A stretch of 64,000 nt of DNA. It comes from Macrostomum hystrix (taxonomy: Eukaryota > Animalia > Platyhelminthes). A program made the position numbers and the translations under genes. Shown one piece after another: positions 24,501 through 37,191 of this stretch. The notes beneath the pieces are model-generated. The model was given only the letters and a program-made list of their open reading frames with translations. It had not been told where the DNA came from and made no database searches. How positions within the stretch are numbered: position 1 is the first letter of the stretch; each line of letters opens with the position of its first letter. The stretch covers positions 806,001 through 870,000 of the forward strand of contig CATNEN010000001.1 of assembly GCA_950097015.1 (NCBI GenBank), read 5' to 3'.

Positions 24501-27323
24501 ATATGCACTTAATAAAAGTAAATACACTTAAAAAGAAGCTTTCTTGTATTTTTAATTTTAATCTATTAAAAATATTGAAAACTATAAGAAAACCAAATAT
24601 TGAGGCGGGAAGTGTTCAGAAATAAAAAAATACTTAAAGTTCGTGTAGTTTGATGCAGTTAAATTTTTAGGAACATTTTTTTCCACTACTGTTTTTTTAA
24701 ATATCGTATTTAATCATAACGTATAAAAAGTTTTTTTCGTTGAAGTAAGCTTACTTAAACAAATGATTTTTTTAAATTTGTATATAATTTGTAAGTTTTA
24801 TAAATAGGGCCGAGTAGTGGAGCTACGTTTTCGACTCTTGCACCAAGGGCCCGAGCTCGAATCAGCAACCATCCACGATGATTTTGTTAGAAAGATCTAA
24901 TTACTTTTTTGCGGAGAGAAGGCTTGGCGGCTTGACGTGCAACTTTGAGCGCATAAAGTCCAACCCTTAAAGCACAATGAGAGTGTACATTGAGGCAATG
25001 ACGATGATCGTTAAAAAAATAACAGCGCCAAAAATCCCTAAATAGTTTTTCATTGCAAAAAATATAAACAATTTAGCTTAGACACGTTTTTTCAAATCCA
25101 AAACTTCAATTCCAGGTAACAATCAACACCCAGAAATCGCTAGTAAGATTCATCCTAGTCCATTTGATGGTCACCAATCTGTGCATCTGGGGCAAAACGG
25201 TGATCTATGAGATCAAGTTGAGCATTCTGCATTCGGCTACTGGCTCGGGTTCGGACAATGGCACTGCGGGCCATGTGATTCCCCACACTGGAGGAATAAG
25301 TCACCACGTTAATATTTCGATTCTACCGGTACACCATCAGAATGGCTCAATAAGTAAGTGTGGACATTGCTATGTATGTTTGGTGCCATTATTACACAGT
25401 TATAGTGCTTACTACTCAATTGTCGTTCCTCTAGAGTCTATAGCATGTCGTGAAACAACTTATCTGAAATCTCCCTTTACCGTAATTTGAAATAAGTGGT
25501 CATTAACACACACAGTCTATGGTAGGCCGCGGCCCCTCCCCTATTTGGCTGACAAATCGATGTGGCGCCCCTCGGTAGTGGCGCCCCCTACCAGGGGCAC
25601 CCCCATGTGGTAGTGGCACCCCCTGGTAGGGGCACCCCCATGTGGTAGTAGCGCCCCCAAGAGGCGTGGCCCACCCCTAGACAAAAATCCAGGCTACGCC
25701 CCAGCCACTGATTGCATTACTCATTCATAGTCTTCAACCGTTCCACAGCGCCTCTAACCGATCTCACATCGGCATCGTCTATGGTCGCCAAATGCGACGG
25801 ACTTCAATTGCCAGAAGAGGACAGCCCGTCGCACAAGCTGGGCCCCTACCTGTATCCGTGCGCTGTTGAGTACGGTCTCATCTGTGCGGCGATCTGCTAT
25901 AAGCTCTTCTCTCGCGTCGGAGATGTTGAAGCGGTGCCCTACGGCAGGAAGGAGTCGCCGCAGGGCCCCAGAGCGACCACCTGTCACAAGTCGCACAAAG
26001 GCCTATTCCTGGGCCTGTTCATCATGATCTGCGTCCTCGTGCCAACCATCAGTTTGATATTTTTACAACGCGGCGATTCCGGGAAGCATCGGGATCAGCA
26101 CGCCATAGCGGTGATAGCTGTGGAATGCCTAGTGCTCGCATGCACAACTGGCATGGCTGTGTTGGGCACTGTGAAAGCTGTTCGACAGCTGAAACTGTAC
26201 AAACTGCACGGCAGTGAAGCATTCGATGTCAATTTGCTGTTTGTGGGCCTGGCTGGTGAGGTTCTAAGGAAATTTTTGAGTGAATCTTTGAGGTCTGACA
26301 ACTTCCTGACCACGAGCCACCGGCCTTCGAAACTCCCAAATCCCAAATCCTGAACCCTTCTAACACACACTCAACTGTCCCATCTCTCCCGTGTCTTATC
26401 TCTCCCGTCTCTCATCTCTCACATGTCTCATCTCACCGTTACTTATCTCTCACGTGTCTCATCTCTCATGTGTCTCCTCTCTCCCGTATCTCATCTCTCC
26501 CGTGTCTCACCACTCCCATGTCTCAATAGTGAGCAATCTTAAATCTTCTAATGTTATTCCTCACTCCTAACCTATCCGATTCACAAAGGTGTGATGTGCT
26601 ACAATCTGTTTGTTACCATATCGATTGGAGCTTGCCTTGTTGATGTCACCGCGGCCGCAGGAGACTTCCTGCCTCTGCCACAGTCTGCGGCAGCGAGCGG
26701 TCAGCACTGCCAGTGGGGCAGCCAGTTTCAGTACAACATCGCCCGACTAACCGGACTGAAGTCCTTCTTGGAAGTGACTCAATCTGTGGCACAAACTCTG
26801 TTTGTTATGCAGGTAAAATTTTTAATTCTTTGATTCAAAGAATCTTTTGATTCACAGAATCTTTGATTCACAGAATCTTTGATTCACAGAATCTTTGATT
26901 CACAGAATCTTTGATTCACAGAATCTTTGATTCACAGAATCTTTGATTCACAGAATATTTGATTAACAGAATCTTTGATTCACAGAATCTTAAAATTCAC
27001 AGGCGATTCAACGAAAAGTGACGCCCCAGCTGGCTGAAGGTCTTCACAAGCCGGGTCGTGGCACGACCATCGCCCTGCTGATCGCTAACCTCGCCATGTG
27101 GGTGGCCTCCGTTTTTGAGTCCCAGCGCGACATCGCGGACCAGTTCTTATTGAACTACTTCGGCTCAATGCCATGGAGCATCATTAAATACATTTTCCTG
27201 CCGCTGATAATATTTTATCGATTTCATTCCACCGTGTGCCTGTCGGAGATCTGGATTCAGAGCTACAAACTACCCAAGCTGTCGCATCAGTCGCATTATG
27301 AAGCTGGTAACACTAGTCTGTAG
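15475..27323 (+). CDS. otop: Otopetrin-family proton channel, 9 coding exons, ~880 aa
   Basis: Exons 15475-15779, 20298-20463, 22593-23211, 23790-23873, 23967-24127, 25116-25353, 25731-26255, 26589-26812, 27003-27323. All introns are GT-AG and phase-consistent (2643 nt total). Otopetrin motifs: YLRLG, TNLCIW, PYLYPCAVEY, CHKSHKGLFLG, KPGR...LLIANLAMW, PLIIFYRFHSTVCLSEIW. Linking exon 1 is inferred from the phase-2 match. Confidence 0.9.
15514..15615 (+). repeat. Coding (CAG/CAA)n tract, Q28-M-Q5, including 24 uninterrupted CAG
   Basis: Directly visible in the putative otopetrin exon 1. Confidence 0.95.
15792..17828. repeat. 22-bp minisatellite CCATTCAGCCACATCCTCAGGT followed by a (CA)n tract (otopetrin intron 1)
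   Basis: Tandem units starting ~12 bp after the splice donor. Confidence 0.96.
18225..19911. repeat. 21-bp minisatellite AACAATCATGGATTTGATGTA with polar variant gradient (otopetrin intron 1)
   Basis: Units drift from ...TTTGATGTA to ...TTTGGAGTG to ...GTCGGAGTG along the array. Confidence 0.96.
20620..21015. repeat. 8-bp microsatellite GGATTGT(A/G) (otopetrin intron 2)
   Basis: Tandem units visible. Confidence 0.92.
21643..22458. repeat. 14-bp minisatellite CTGTCCCTAACTGT (otopetrin intron 2)
   Basis: Tandem units visible; most contain CCCTAA. Confidence 0.95.
23296..23636 (-). mobile_element. SINE family B copy (otopetrin intron 3)
   Basis: Aligns by eye to 8990-9388; partial head deletion; TTA tail. 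Confidence 0.8.
24807..25010 (+). mobile_element. Degenerate SINE family B 5' half
   Basis: Decayed head plus GCGGAGAGAAGGCTTGG...GAGAGTGTACA...GACGATGA matching the family B body. Confidence 0.5.
25522..25703. mobile_element. GC-rich MITE/non-autonomous DNA transposon remnant
   Basis: Repeated GGCGCCCC/GGGCACCCCC motifs ending in AAAAATCCAGGCTACGCCCC, resembling GGGGCGTAGCC-type hAT MITE ends; partner end not found. Confidence 0.35.
26826..27002. repeat. 16-bp tandem repeat TTTGATTCACAGAATC making up most of otopetrin intron 8
   Basis: About 10 units; the final degenerate unit supplies the TTCACAG acceptor. Confidence 0.93.
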
Positions 27324-28618
27324 TGTATAATGACAATGATGTTCTTATTAAAACTAAGAATTAACTATGTGTTGCAAAAATATCTGAAATATAAAATATT
27401 TTTCTACTTAGTACTTCCGTGTACTAAGTAGAGTGTGTAACAACACTAACAAAGAAAAAAATTGCAAGGAAACCGGATTATGAAATCCCAATTTAAAAAT
27501 TCCCGATTTACAAAATACTGATTTAATTAGGAAATCCCGATTTAGGAAATCCTTAATCCTAACTTCTAAAATCCACTCTAGTCCTTTGTTTAAAAAATTT
27601 CCGAATTATTATACTCATGGAATGCATAGCCGAATTTTGAAGTGACAAAGTGAAATTATATTTTGTTGCAGTTTTTTAATAGTAATTTAAAACCTGCAAT
27701 ATTGAGTATTTTAGCTTTGAGTTAGCTTTTTTGATTCTGGAGTACTGCAAAATCGCTTGAAATCAAAATAAATAATAAATAGTTAACTAAGTATGATTGT
27801 GCCTATATTATAGGATATTTTAAGTTGCAACACAAAAATATACTTTGAAATATTTAATTTTCTTGTGTTCATTCGATTTTCCTGAAAATTTCCGAATTAA
27901 TAATCCATAGATAAACATCAATAAATTTTCATGTTTATATAGCATCTACGTTTGTTTACAGGCAGAAATTTTGTTAAAATGGGTTTTGTGAATTTTGTTT
28001 TGCTGCTTGTTTTGTCTGCGGTTTGAATTTTGAAAATATATTTTGAATTGCTTATTGGAAAGTGAGTTCGTTTTTGCATTTTTTAGATTTTTCCTTAGCA
28101 ACTGAAATTTACGAAATAAGAAAGTCGTGGCTTCATTTAAAGTCAGTGATCTATTTGGTTTTTGTTTTATTAAGATATGAAATTTGTAAATTAACAATGT
28201 TATGAACTGAAACTATTTCAAACAAACAAACAGGTGGGTAGGAACAATTGGTGATTTGCCACTGCTCACTTTCTCGAGTTCGTGTAGCCTTTTCTGTCTG
28301 AAATTTTAATTTTTTAGTTGAAGCGAATAGCTAGTTTAATTTAACTTAGTCGAACCTGTTAAGTTCAGAATTACTAGCTTGGTAAATAACAAATTAACCC
28401 GGTAATATTCAGCAGTCAAAGTACGAGACATCAGTACAAGTTCTCCTTTAGCAGGTAAATTATCATCGAATAAGTAAATTCTCCATTGAACAGGTAAAAT
28501 CTCCATCGAACAGGCAAATTGTCCTTCGAACAGTTAAACTCACCCTTAGACAGTTAATTAGGTAAATTGTCCCGCTAACAGGTAAATCGCATCATTGACT
28601 TACCAGTCAATCCACTGA

Positions 28619-31600
28619 TCACAAGATCTCGCAGCCGAAGCAGCAGGTGTGAGGATAGCAATCGCAGTAGATGGCCCTGTCATCACCGTAGACAAAGAAT
28701 TGAAACGGTCGCTCTTTATAGACTGCGTCACATTGAAACACCGGTACTCGGCGAATCACGTGACTTTGAGTCAGAATTCGACCCGTGGAGGCCAGCTCGC
28801 GGTGTTCCAGAATAAATTGCGCCGATTTTATGTTCACTTCAGGCTCTGGGAAGCCTCTGATTGGCTGCAGCATCGGTTGCGTGTCCTCAAAGACAATCTA
28901 GGGTTTATGTTTTTTTAATAAAATTATTTAACCTTCTATTTAGATGGCCACAATGATTTGGGGCGCAGCCGAGGAGAGAAAGCAGGTAGGCACAGTCAGA
29001 GTTTGCACTGCCTGACGATGAGAAAGTCAGGGCAGATGTACACACCTGTGTGAGCGTGTGCCTGCGTACAGTATCTGTGTGCGTGTGTGCTCAGGAGTCT
29101 GTGAAATGGCCAGAATTGCCTCCCCGCTGGCTGCGGGTCTAGAAGTGTCACCAAATGATGTGCCATTGCCGGTAGCCCTTCTGCAATTATTTTAAGATAA
29201 CTAAAGTTTTCGGGTTACGCAATTTTAGGGTGTATGACTCCCTAATCGAGCAGTCTATTCGTGGTACACGGAGCACCATCAGACTGACTCACTGTGCCAG
29301 ACACATCCCTGATCAGCTCATTCGGCAATCGTGTCCGTTCAATGATTAACTCTTTGGTGTGAGTCTCGTATTTAGTTGTCAGCCTGACGTAGTACTTCAG
29401 TCTACCGGCTGTCAAGCAGGTTGGGCAAGACACTCTGCCATGACCAGTGCAGCCTGAGCAGTTCACTTTGCCCTGGCCGCTGCAGTTTGAGCAGACCTTG
29501 TCGCCGAAATTTGTCTGACCGGAGCCTATGCAGGAGAGGCACGTGTCTCTACTCTGGCTTTTGCAACGCCGGCAGGTGATGAACAATGAGCCGAGACAAT
29601 GGTGGCACACTCGCACTGACGCGGTGTGCGGCACCTCTGTATCGTAGGCGACATTTTCGAATGGTTTGGGACCTGGCACCTGGCACGGATGCGGCGCGAT
29701 GCGAGTGAGAAAATGTCTTACATCTCGACCGCTAATAGTAATGATAATACGACTATTTGCAGGAGGACTGTGGGTAATGGCACATTATTTGGTGACACTA
29801 GACTCGCTAGACACTAGACACTACACACACAGGTGTGTACATCTGCCCTGACTTTCTCATTGTCAGGCACTTAAAATTTTACTGTGCCCACCTGCCTTGT
29901 CTCCTCGGCTTCGCCCCTAAATAAATGTGGCCTCGCCGCGGAATCGAGCTCAGGGACACTGGTGCGAGAGACGAACCCACCCTCAGAGACTACTCAATAA
30001 ATTTAAGACGTAAAAATAATTTTGGCACTCACCGCAACTTGCCATGGCAAGGGAGCTGGCCCATTCAACGGACTGTCAATCAAATGACCGTGGTAGGGCT
30101 CTGCTGCCCAACGTGTCGAGCGAGTCTCAAGGTGAGTTCTGAGCACATATTGCACAGCCGTGATCTGTTGAATAGCTCGAAACTGCATATACCTGGCAGG
30201 ATTCGAACCCCAGCAGCACTGGGCTTCGGACAATTGAAACAGCTGATGTCTTGCTTCATCCTCTGTGAGTGTGGGTGGGCCGGTTGTTGGCGTCGGCGAC
30301 GCCTTCGTCTGTGGAGCAATTCCAGCATTGATCGTGTCCAAGCCTACAAATCGTAGGCGTTTGGGCCATTGTCAATCAGCTTTTGACTTTCAGGTTTTCT
30401 AGAATGATAAACACCTGCCATTGCTACTAATAGGCCAACAGTTTCCTAGAAAAGAAAACTCTACTTTTGGCTACAGGTTAGTGTTTTCCGAGAATCTGTG
30501 GAAATAGGTAATTAATTTCGTCAAATCAGAATAAGAAGTTGTCAAAGTTTATGCCAGGGGCTTCATAGTAAGACAGAAAACCTACATGTTCCCGTAGAGA
30601 CTGCGAGCGTGCATGTACACTCAACTAGGGGAGGTGGCCTAGTGATTAGAGCATCGACTTGAAGGTCTGGGGTTCGATTCCCGAACAATTTGTGTCCTTT
30701 TAAAAAGGGCACTTAACTCTGCATTGGATCAGTTGAAATGAGCTGTTAAATGAGTTGAGTCCATGGACTGATGCTTTTGGCTGCACATTTGGCACAATCG
30801 GGCCAGGTGTAATCTAGTATTATTTTTATTATTACAACTGTCAATCAGCACCTTACCTGCAAATTGATCCGTTCCTTCAGCAGAAGAAGCCAGAGGTCCA
30901 ATGCCTTGATCACCTGCATGCTCATCAACTGATTGGCCCCCGTAACCAGTTGGTGAGCCTTCCGCTAGGCTACCAGAGTCGTCATACCCGCTTCCGGCCT
31001 GTTGACATTGGTAGCCTAGGTGCACATGCATTTCTTAGATTTTCGATTTGATTTACTTAGCGTAGGTAACCATAGGTAACCATAGGTAACCATAGGTAAC
31101 CATAGGTAACAACCATAGGTAATATCATACGTAATCATATGTATCCATAGGTAACCATAGGTAATTTTAGCGTCCACAGGTAACCATAGGAAAGAACCAT
31201 AGGTAATCACAGGTAACAACCATAGGTAATTATAGGTAAGAATCATAGGTAATTTTAGCGTCCACAGGTAACCATAGGAAAGAACCATAGGTAATCACAG
31301 GTAAGAACCATAGGTAATATCATAGGTTATCATATGTTAGAACCATAGGTAATATCATAGGTAACTATAGGAAATTATTGGTAACAACCATAGGTAATAT
31401 CATAAGGTAATCATATGTAGCCATAGGTAAACATAGGTAACCATTCGTAACCATAGGTATGGTAACCATAGGTAACCATAGCACATTGTGCCACTCTGCC
31501 TTAGCCAGATAGGCCGATCTCGAATTGCACCAAGGTCCCTGAGCTCGATTCCGCAACAGACTAGATTTGTATTGTGCTCAGCCTCGGAGGTAAGGCTTGT

Positions 31601-31907
31601 CAAGCCATTTTTGCGCTAGAGAGTCACCCTCAGAGCTATGAAAATGAAAGGGTCCGGGCTATGTCGATGGACTGGGGTGGCCTGACACACCCCACCCAAA
31701 TGTCTACTCAGGTAATGCTCATAATTAATTAAGAATCGAACCTGATGAAGGCTGTTGATTCCAGCCGAAGGCCGATGACGCACCGTTGGAGCTCATTGGT
31801 GGCGGCTGCAACCGCGGCGGCTGACACGGGGCCGGGCTGCCGTACGGACGGACCGCGCCACTCAACTCCCAGAAGTTGAGAGCAGCTGAATCCAGCCGTT
31901 TCTCCAT
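28619..31907 (-). CDS. ssuh2: SSUH2-family protein, paralog 1 (most divergent, ~433 aa)
   Basis: Exons 31907-31742, 31015-30857, 30343-30033, 29679-29293, 28897-28619, all phase-consistent. Motifs TEDEAR...CCWG, EVPHTASV, DnaJ-type CxxCxGxG repeats, FFVYGDD, C-terminus CCFGCEIL. The first exon donor (GTTCGA) is weak. Confidence 0.82.
28945..29192 (+). mobile_element. SINE family B, short subfamily, 5'-truncated
   Basis: Family B body with the internal deletion shared with the 29733 and 43895 copies. Confidence 0.75.
29733..29975 (-). mobile_element. SINE family B, short subfamily, degenerate
   Basis: Family B head, body and tail motifs with internal deletions. Confidence 0.65.
30627..30812 (+). 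mobile_element. SINE family A, internally deleted
   Basis: GTGGCCTAGTG...GGTTCGATTCC head, GCTGTTAAATG, AGTCCATGGACTGA. Confidence 0.65.
31064..31480. repeat. 10-bp GGTAACCATA repeat with variants (SSUH2-1 intron 1)
   Basis: Tandem units visible. Confidence 0.88.
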
Positions 31908-32239
31908 GACTGTTCAACGAAGCCTTGAATGCATCCGAAACTTTAGTTCAGAGTGTACCTCCAGCAAGGCCGATTGAAGTCATTTCAATCCAATATATAA
32001 TGCTATATATTGCCACTTGTATTTAATGCCTTGTTCAAAAACTATTGTCTATGGTAAATTTCACAGCATGCCCGAAGTATATGTACGATGAAAAAAAATA
32101 GACTAAACACAATGCAATACGCAGGTGCGCCCATCTCAAAGAAAATGCAACTCTCAAAGGCGAATCTAATTTTTCGTTTCTTAATTTCTGCTTTCTGTTT
32201 TTTGACAGTTAGTTTTTTCAAAACCAGCTTTGATTTCCG

Positions 32240-33230
32240 TTTCAGATCCTGCTGCGATTCCTGTTTCAGATCCTGCTGCGATTCCTGTTTCAGATCCTGC
32301 TGCAATTCCTGTTTCAGATCCTGCTGCGATTCCTGTTTCAGATCCTGCTGCAATTCCTGTTTCAGATCCTGCTGCGATTCCTGTTTCAGATCCTGCTACG
32401 ATTCCTGTTTCAGATCCTGCTACGATTCCTGTTTCAGATCCTGCTGCGATTCCTGTTTCAGATCCTGCTGCAATTCCTGTTTCAGATCCTGCTGCGATTC
32501 CTGTTTCAGATCCTGCTGCAATTCCTGTTTCAGATCCTGCTGCGATTCCTGTTTCAGATCCTACTTCGATTCCTGTTTCAGATCCTACTTCGATTCCTGT
32601 TTCAGATCCTACTGCGATTCCTGTTTCAGATCCTACTGCGATTCCTGTTTCAGATCCTGCTACGATTCATATTTCAGATCCTGCTGCGATTCCTGTTTCA
32701 GATCCTGCTACGATTCCTGTTTCAGATCCTGCTGCGATTCCTGTTTCAGATCCTACTTCGATTCCTGTTTCAGATCCTGCTGCGATTCCTGTTTCAGATC
32801 CTGCTGCGATTCCTGTTTCAGATCCTGCTACGATTCCTGTTTCAGATCCTGCTGCGATTCCTGTTTCAGATCCTACTTCGATTCCTGTTTCAGATCCTGC
32901 TGCGATTCCTGTTTCAGATCCTGCTGCGATTCCTGTTTCAGATCCTGCTGCGATTCCTGTTTCAGATCCTGCTACGATTCCTGTTTCAGATCCTGCTGCG
33001 ATTCCTGTTTCAGATCCTGCTACGATTCCTGTTTCAGATCCTGCTACGATTCATATTTCGGATCCTGCTGCGATTCCTGTTTCAGATCCTGCTGCGATTC
33101 CTGTTTCAGATCCTACTTCGATTCCTGTTTCAGATCCTGCTGCGTTTCCTGTTTCAGATCCTAATACGATTCCTGTTTCAGATCCTGCTGCAATTCACGT
33201 TTCAGATCCTGCTGCGATTCCTGTTTCAGA
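32240..33230. repeat. 24-bp minisatellite GATCCTGCTGCGATTCCTGTTTCA
   Basis: About 41 tandem units; ORFs across it are repeat translations. Confidence 0.96.
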
Positions 33231-33274
33231 CTATAATCAAGCATTCTAACTATGGGTGTCAGGGCAGTGGCTTT

Positions 33275-33575
33275 TTATCTAGCTTTAAGTATGCTTTCTA
33301 TGAATTCCACAAAACTTTCTGTTAATTCTGTGCTTTCCTGTGTCATTAAATACACCATTTTGTCATCAGTTGTTAGGCGTTCGAAATTTCGAACAGTGCC
33401 TCCCACTTTCTCTATGAATTTTTTTCTAATTGGAACATAAACGGACCAATCGCATCTAAAAAGAATATGAATTTCGTTCTCTACCTCGACTTTACATTTT
33501 GAACATGATCTGTTTTCATAGGCGATTTTCTGTCTTACAGTGCGCAATGTCTCACAGACCAGTTTGTGGTTTACT
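33275..33575 (-). mobile_element. 3' end fragment of a non-LTR retrotransposon ORF2 (C-terminal CCHC domain)
   Basis: NHKLVCET...RSCSKCKVEVENEIHILFRC matches the HxLxxE...CxxC...E..H....C pattern at LINE ORF2 C-termini; 5'-truncated. Confidence 0.6.
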
Positions 33576-33829
33576 CGTGTACTAACAATAAACGCTTGGA
33601 AGATCTAGACCATTTGGCACACTTTTAATCATCAAGCTCATTTACAGAAATCTCTGTGGTGGAGTCAGAACCGAACCCCCGACCTTCAAGTTCTCATAAG
33701 GCCTACAAGTGTCGCTTAATCGACTCATATGTAATTAGAATATAATATACCACGCTTTTTCGAGAAGCCGAGGTTTTAAGAGGCCTGCTTTGTCGCTTAT
33801 CTCACATTTGTCAGTTTCATTTCAATTAG

Positions 33830-34096
33830 GCTATCGGGGCTAGCATAGGGATTAGATGTCAGGGGCTCACGAGTTAAATGTCAAGGGTTCGATTCTTGAA
33901 TCCACTAGAAAAATTTGTATCCTTTAGAAGAACAATTACCTTCGCATGGCTTCAGTTGTTAAATGGGTACCTGTGTGTATTACTTTGGGTAATTGAGAGT
34001 GGGTGTACCGTCGCCTCAGTCCATGGACTGAACAGCCGTACGCAGCCTTCAGATGCGCTAAGCAATAGCTGGGGATGTGCTGTCGGCTGCTCATGA
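33830..34096 (+). mobile_element. SINE family A copy
   Basis: B box GGTTCGATTC, GTTAAATGGGTACC, AGTCCATGGACTGAACAGCCGTACGCAGCC. Confidence 0.78.
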
Positions 34097-34687
34097 TAAG
34101 ACTAACGACCACAAGCATAATTTTCTCGGGTTAAATAGTTTTCTGTTATTACATGTACATCGATAACGTGCAAGCTTCAGTGCAAGCAAAATAACGAGAA
34201 AGGTCACAAAGCTCGCAAAGCTGATTTTTAAAGCACGAAAAAGTTTTTTAGTAAGAAACTCGTGGTTTTACATATAAAAATACAATCAAATTTCATTGTA
34301 TTGTTTCAGTGTTACAACTTTAATTATTCTTCAATTAATTAAAAGATTCGAACCAGGCACCAAATCGAAAATATGCTCATAGAGCATAATAATAGCATAA
34401 TAGTAGAAATACCAGGAAATATTTTTCCTGTAAAGGGGGTTTGTCACGATAGCTCCCACATTAATAAAAATTTATCTGCCAAATACAAATTAAGAAGTAA
34501 AAAAATATGCTCTCTTTGCTTGTTAAGTGTTGCGCTAAAACATTGCCTTTTGATTGTAGCCTGCATCGCATCGCATTGCATAGAGTTTTTTTCGCAGTGA
34601 ATCAACTCATCAGTTCCGTGCTTCCAGATACCTGCAGCAGAGTCACTCTCAGAATTCCAAGATCACGAGAAGAGGTCCGCCACGACC

Positions 34688-37191
34688 TCAAAGCAGCTGG
34701 CAGCCGCAGCAGCATGTCTGCGGATAGTCGTCCGTGTGTACTCGCCGGTTGTCTCCGTACACAAAGAACTGGAACTCCTTGTTCTTCCACTGGCAGTCGC
34801 ACTGGAACACTGGCACACCACGGATGACGTGTTTCTGCATCCAGATTCTCCCGACCTGAGCCAGAGCCCTGTGCTCATGGATGATGCTGGCCGACTGGCT
34901 GTTTACCTGCGGCTCCGGGAACGACTGGATCGGGTTCAGCAGCGGCTGCGTGTCCTCGAACAGAGTCTGGTGATGAAGCGATAATAATAATGGTAATAAT
35001 TGCGGGAGGGCTGCAGGCAATGGCACATCATTTGGTGACACTTCTAGACCCGCAGCTAGCGAGGAGGCAATTCTGCTCATTTCGCTGACCCCTGAGCACA
35101 CATGCACACGGATACTGTACGCAGGCACACGCTCACACAGGTGTGTACATCTGCCCTGACTTTCTCATCGCCAGGCAGTGTAGACTCTCACAGTGCCTTG
35201 GAGATTGGCCCTAAAGGGCGTAAATTGCACGACAAGCCCCCAAGCCTTCTCTCCGCGGCTGCGCCCCAAATGAATGCGGTCTCGCTGCGGAATCGAGCTC
35301 AGTGACCTTGGTGCGAGAAGCGAACACGTTTGGCCGCTCTGCCACTCACCCTCGAGCAATAATTTTGCTCGTACACTATCCCCTTATATGAGGACCATTA
35401 AAGTTAAGACGTCAATAAATGATTAATACGAGCAACGTAAACATGAAGACAATAAATGAGCCCTTGAGAAGTACTCACAGTTCCCGGCACGTCTCGAATC
35501 AGATGATCCGGCAGAGGAGTCCTTTCCAAGATGAAGTCTTTGACATGAGTCTTGAACACAGTGGTCATCTGCACGAAGCATTTCACTTGGCCAGTCGCCT
35601 CACAGGTCGGGCAAGGAATTCTTCCTCGACCGTAACAGCGGTCACAGCGTACACGACCGTGGCCGTGACACCAGGTACAGGTCGTGCGGTTATCACTCAT
35701 GCCGCGATGTCCAGTGCCGTGGCACCAGCTGCACCTAACCTTGCCCCAGCCACTGCAGCGATGGCAGGTAATAATAGTGGAGCCGTGGCATCCGTGGCAG
35801 ACCCTCACCGAGGCCGTGTGAGGCACCTCCGTTTTGAAGGTGACGTCGTGAAACATGTCGGGCGCTGGAATCTGGAATCAATTTGCGGGTTGGAAAAAAA
35901 GCCAACCTGTTGAAGAGTCGATCAAAACTAGTTAGCAACTTGACGATCTAGTCGACTAGAAACGTCGAGAAATCTCACCCAGTCCTTCCCATGGTACACT
36001 GGGGGTTTGGCTTGAGGATGGACCTCGGTTTCCATACTACAGCCTTAAGTTGACTTCCCATTTTTGAAATGTGGTTTCAAACGGTGTTTAAGTGCTGAGA
36101 TCGAGTGTCCTTACTGAAATTTCCCACGGTGTTGGAGCTCGTCCATTGTGCGGTCCGTCCACAGGCTGTCCGCGGTACGGCTCCGAGGCCCAGTCCGTTG
36201 ACCGCGTCTCAAGAAACGTGTTCAACACGTAGTGCACAGCCGTACTCTGCTGCAGACTCTTTATTGTCATAGCCTCAGCGGCGCCCTTGCCCCAGCAGCA
36301 CTTGGACGTGGCCTCTCTAACCAGCAGCTGTCGAGCTTCTTCGTGAGTAAGATTCGCGTTTAAAGCGAGAATATCACCTGAGCTACTGCTGGTGGCCTCT
36401 TGATATGACGGTGGCGGAGGTACAAATGTGACGTTCGGTGCCAGAACTTCATCGTAGCCTGCAAAAGTACACATTCATTGAGTTACATTGGCTATCTTAC
36501 CAACACTATGATTATGTATGACATGTCAGTTGATGGGTAACTTCATAGCAATAATTATGAGCATAAAAAAGTTGATTACACCTGCCCCAATTGGCCCCTG
36601 ATGAGCAGCCGACAGCGCAGCCGCAGCTATTTGCCGGCGCATCTGAAGGCTGCGTACGGCTGTTCAGTCCATGGACTGGGGAGACGCTACACTTAACCCT
36701 CAACTACCCCCGCTGAAGCGGCTACCGGTTTAGCAGCAGGCTAAATTGAATCAATGCAAAGTTAAGTAATCTTTCTAAACAACACAATTTTTTCAGTGGA
36801 GTCAAGAATCGAACCCCCGACCCTTAGGCCGAGAGTCCGACGCTCTGACCACTAGACTAAGTGGAGTCAAGAATCGAACCAACTGACCAGGTATGCGCTC
36901 CATGTCCTGAATCGGTGGCGCACTTGGTGTCACCTGCTCTGGTCCACCGTTATCGCCTTTGCCATCGTCCATCGGCATCTCGCCCACGCCCACCGGATCC
37001 GGGCCGTCGTACTGCGCGATAGATGCGCCTCCTGCTCCTGACGGAGGCTGCTGAGGAGCTCCTCCATAGTAGGGCCCGCCGGGTTGTCCGGCGTAGTACT
37101 GCTGCTCACCCGGAGGTCCTCGCGGAGAGCCGTAGTTTCCTTGATAGCCCTGAGACGGCGGCGGATAAGGAGGCTGTCCTGACGACTTCAT
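34688..37191 (-). CDS. ssuh2: SSUH2-family protein, paralog 2 (~439 aa)
   Basis: Exons 37191-36888, 36458-36115, 35871-35479, 34966-34688 (1320 nt). Pro/Gly/Tyr-rich N-terminus with PPYP, PSAPP and PPPSY; six CxxC zinc-finger repeats; C-terminus CCCGCQLL. Confidence 0.92.
34980..35352 (-). mobile_element. SINE family B copy, tail abutting the SSUH2-2 last splice acceptor
   Basis: Full-length match to 8990-9388; imperfect flanking AGC(G/A)ATAAT. Confidence 0.85.
36590..36880 (-). mobile_element. SINE family A copy (SSUH2-2 intron 1)
   Basis: Family A body; head TAGTCTAGTGGTCAGAGCG...GGTTCGATTC; the 20-bp B-box segment is duplicated. Confidence 0.78.

Noticed and set aside
32042-33249. Cys-rich (SCCDSCFR)n keratin-associated-like or coiled-coil (QQDLKQES)n ORFs
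   Set aside because: 24-bp minisatellite; variants introduce stops on the minus strand and codons are otherwise invariant.
36597-36670. Hammerhead ribozyme-like CTGATGAG-CAGCC...GGCTG in SINE A
   Set aside because: GAAA core is replaced by GTAC, and the copies at ~3137 and ~49937 read CAGATGTG.
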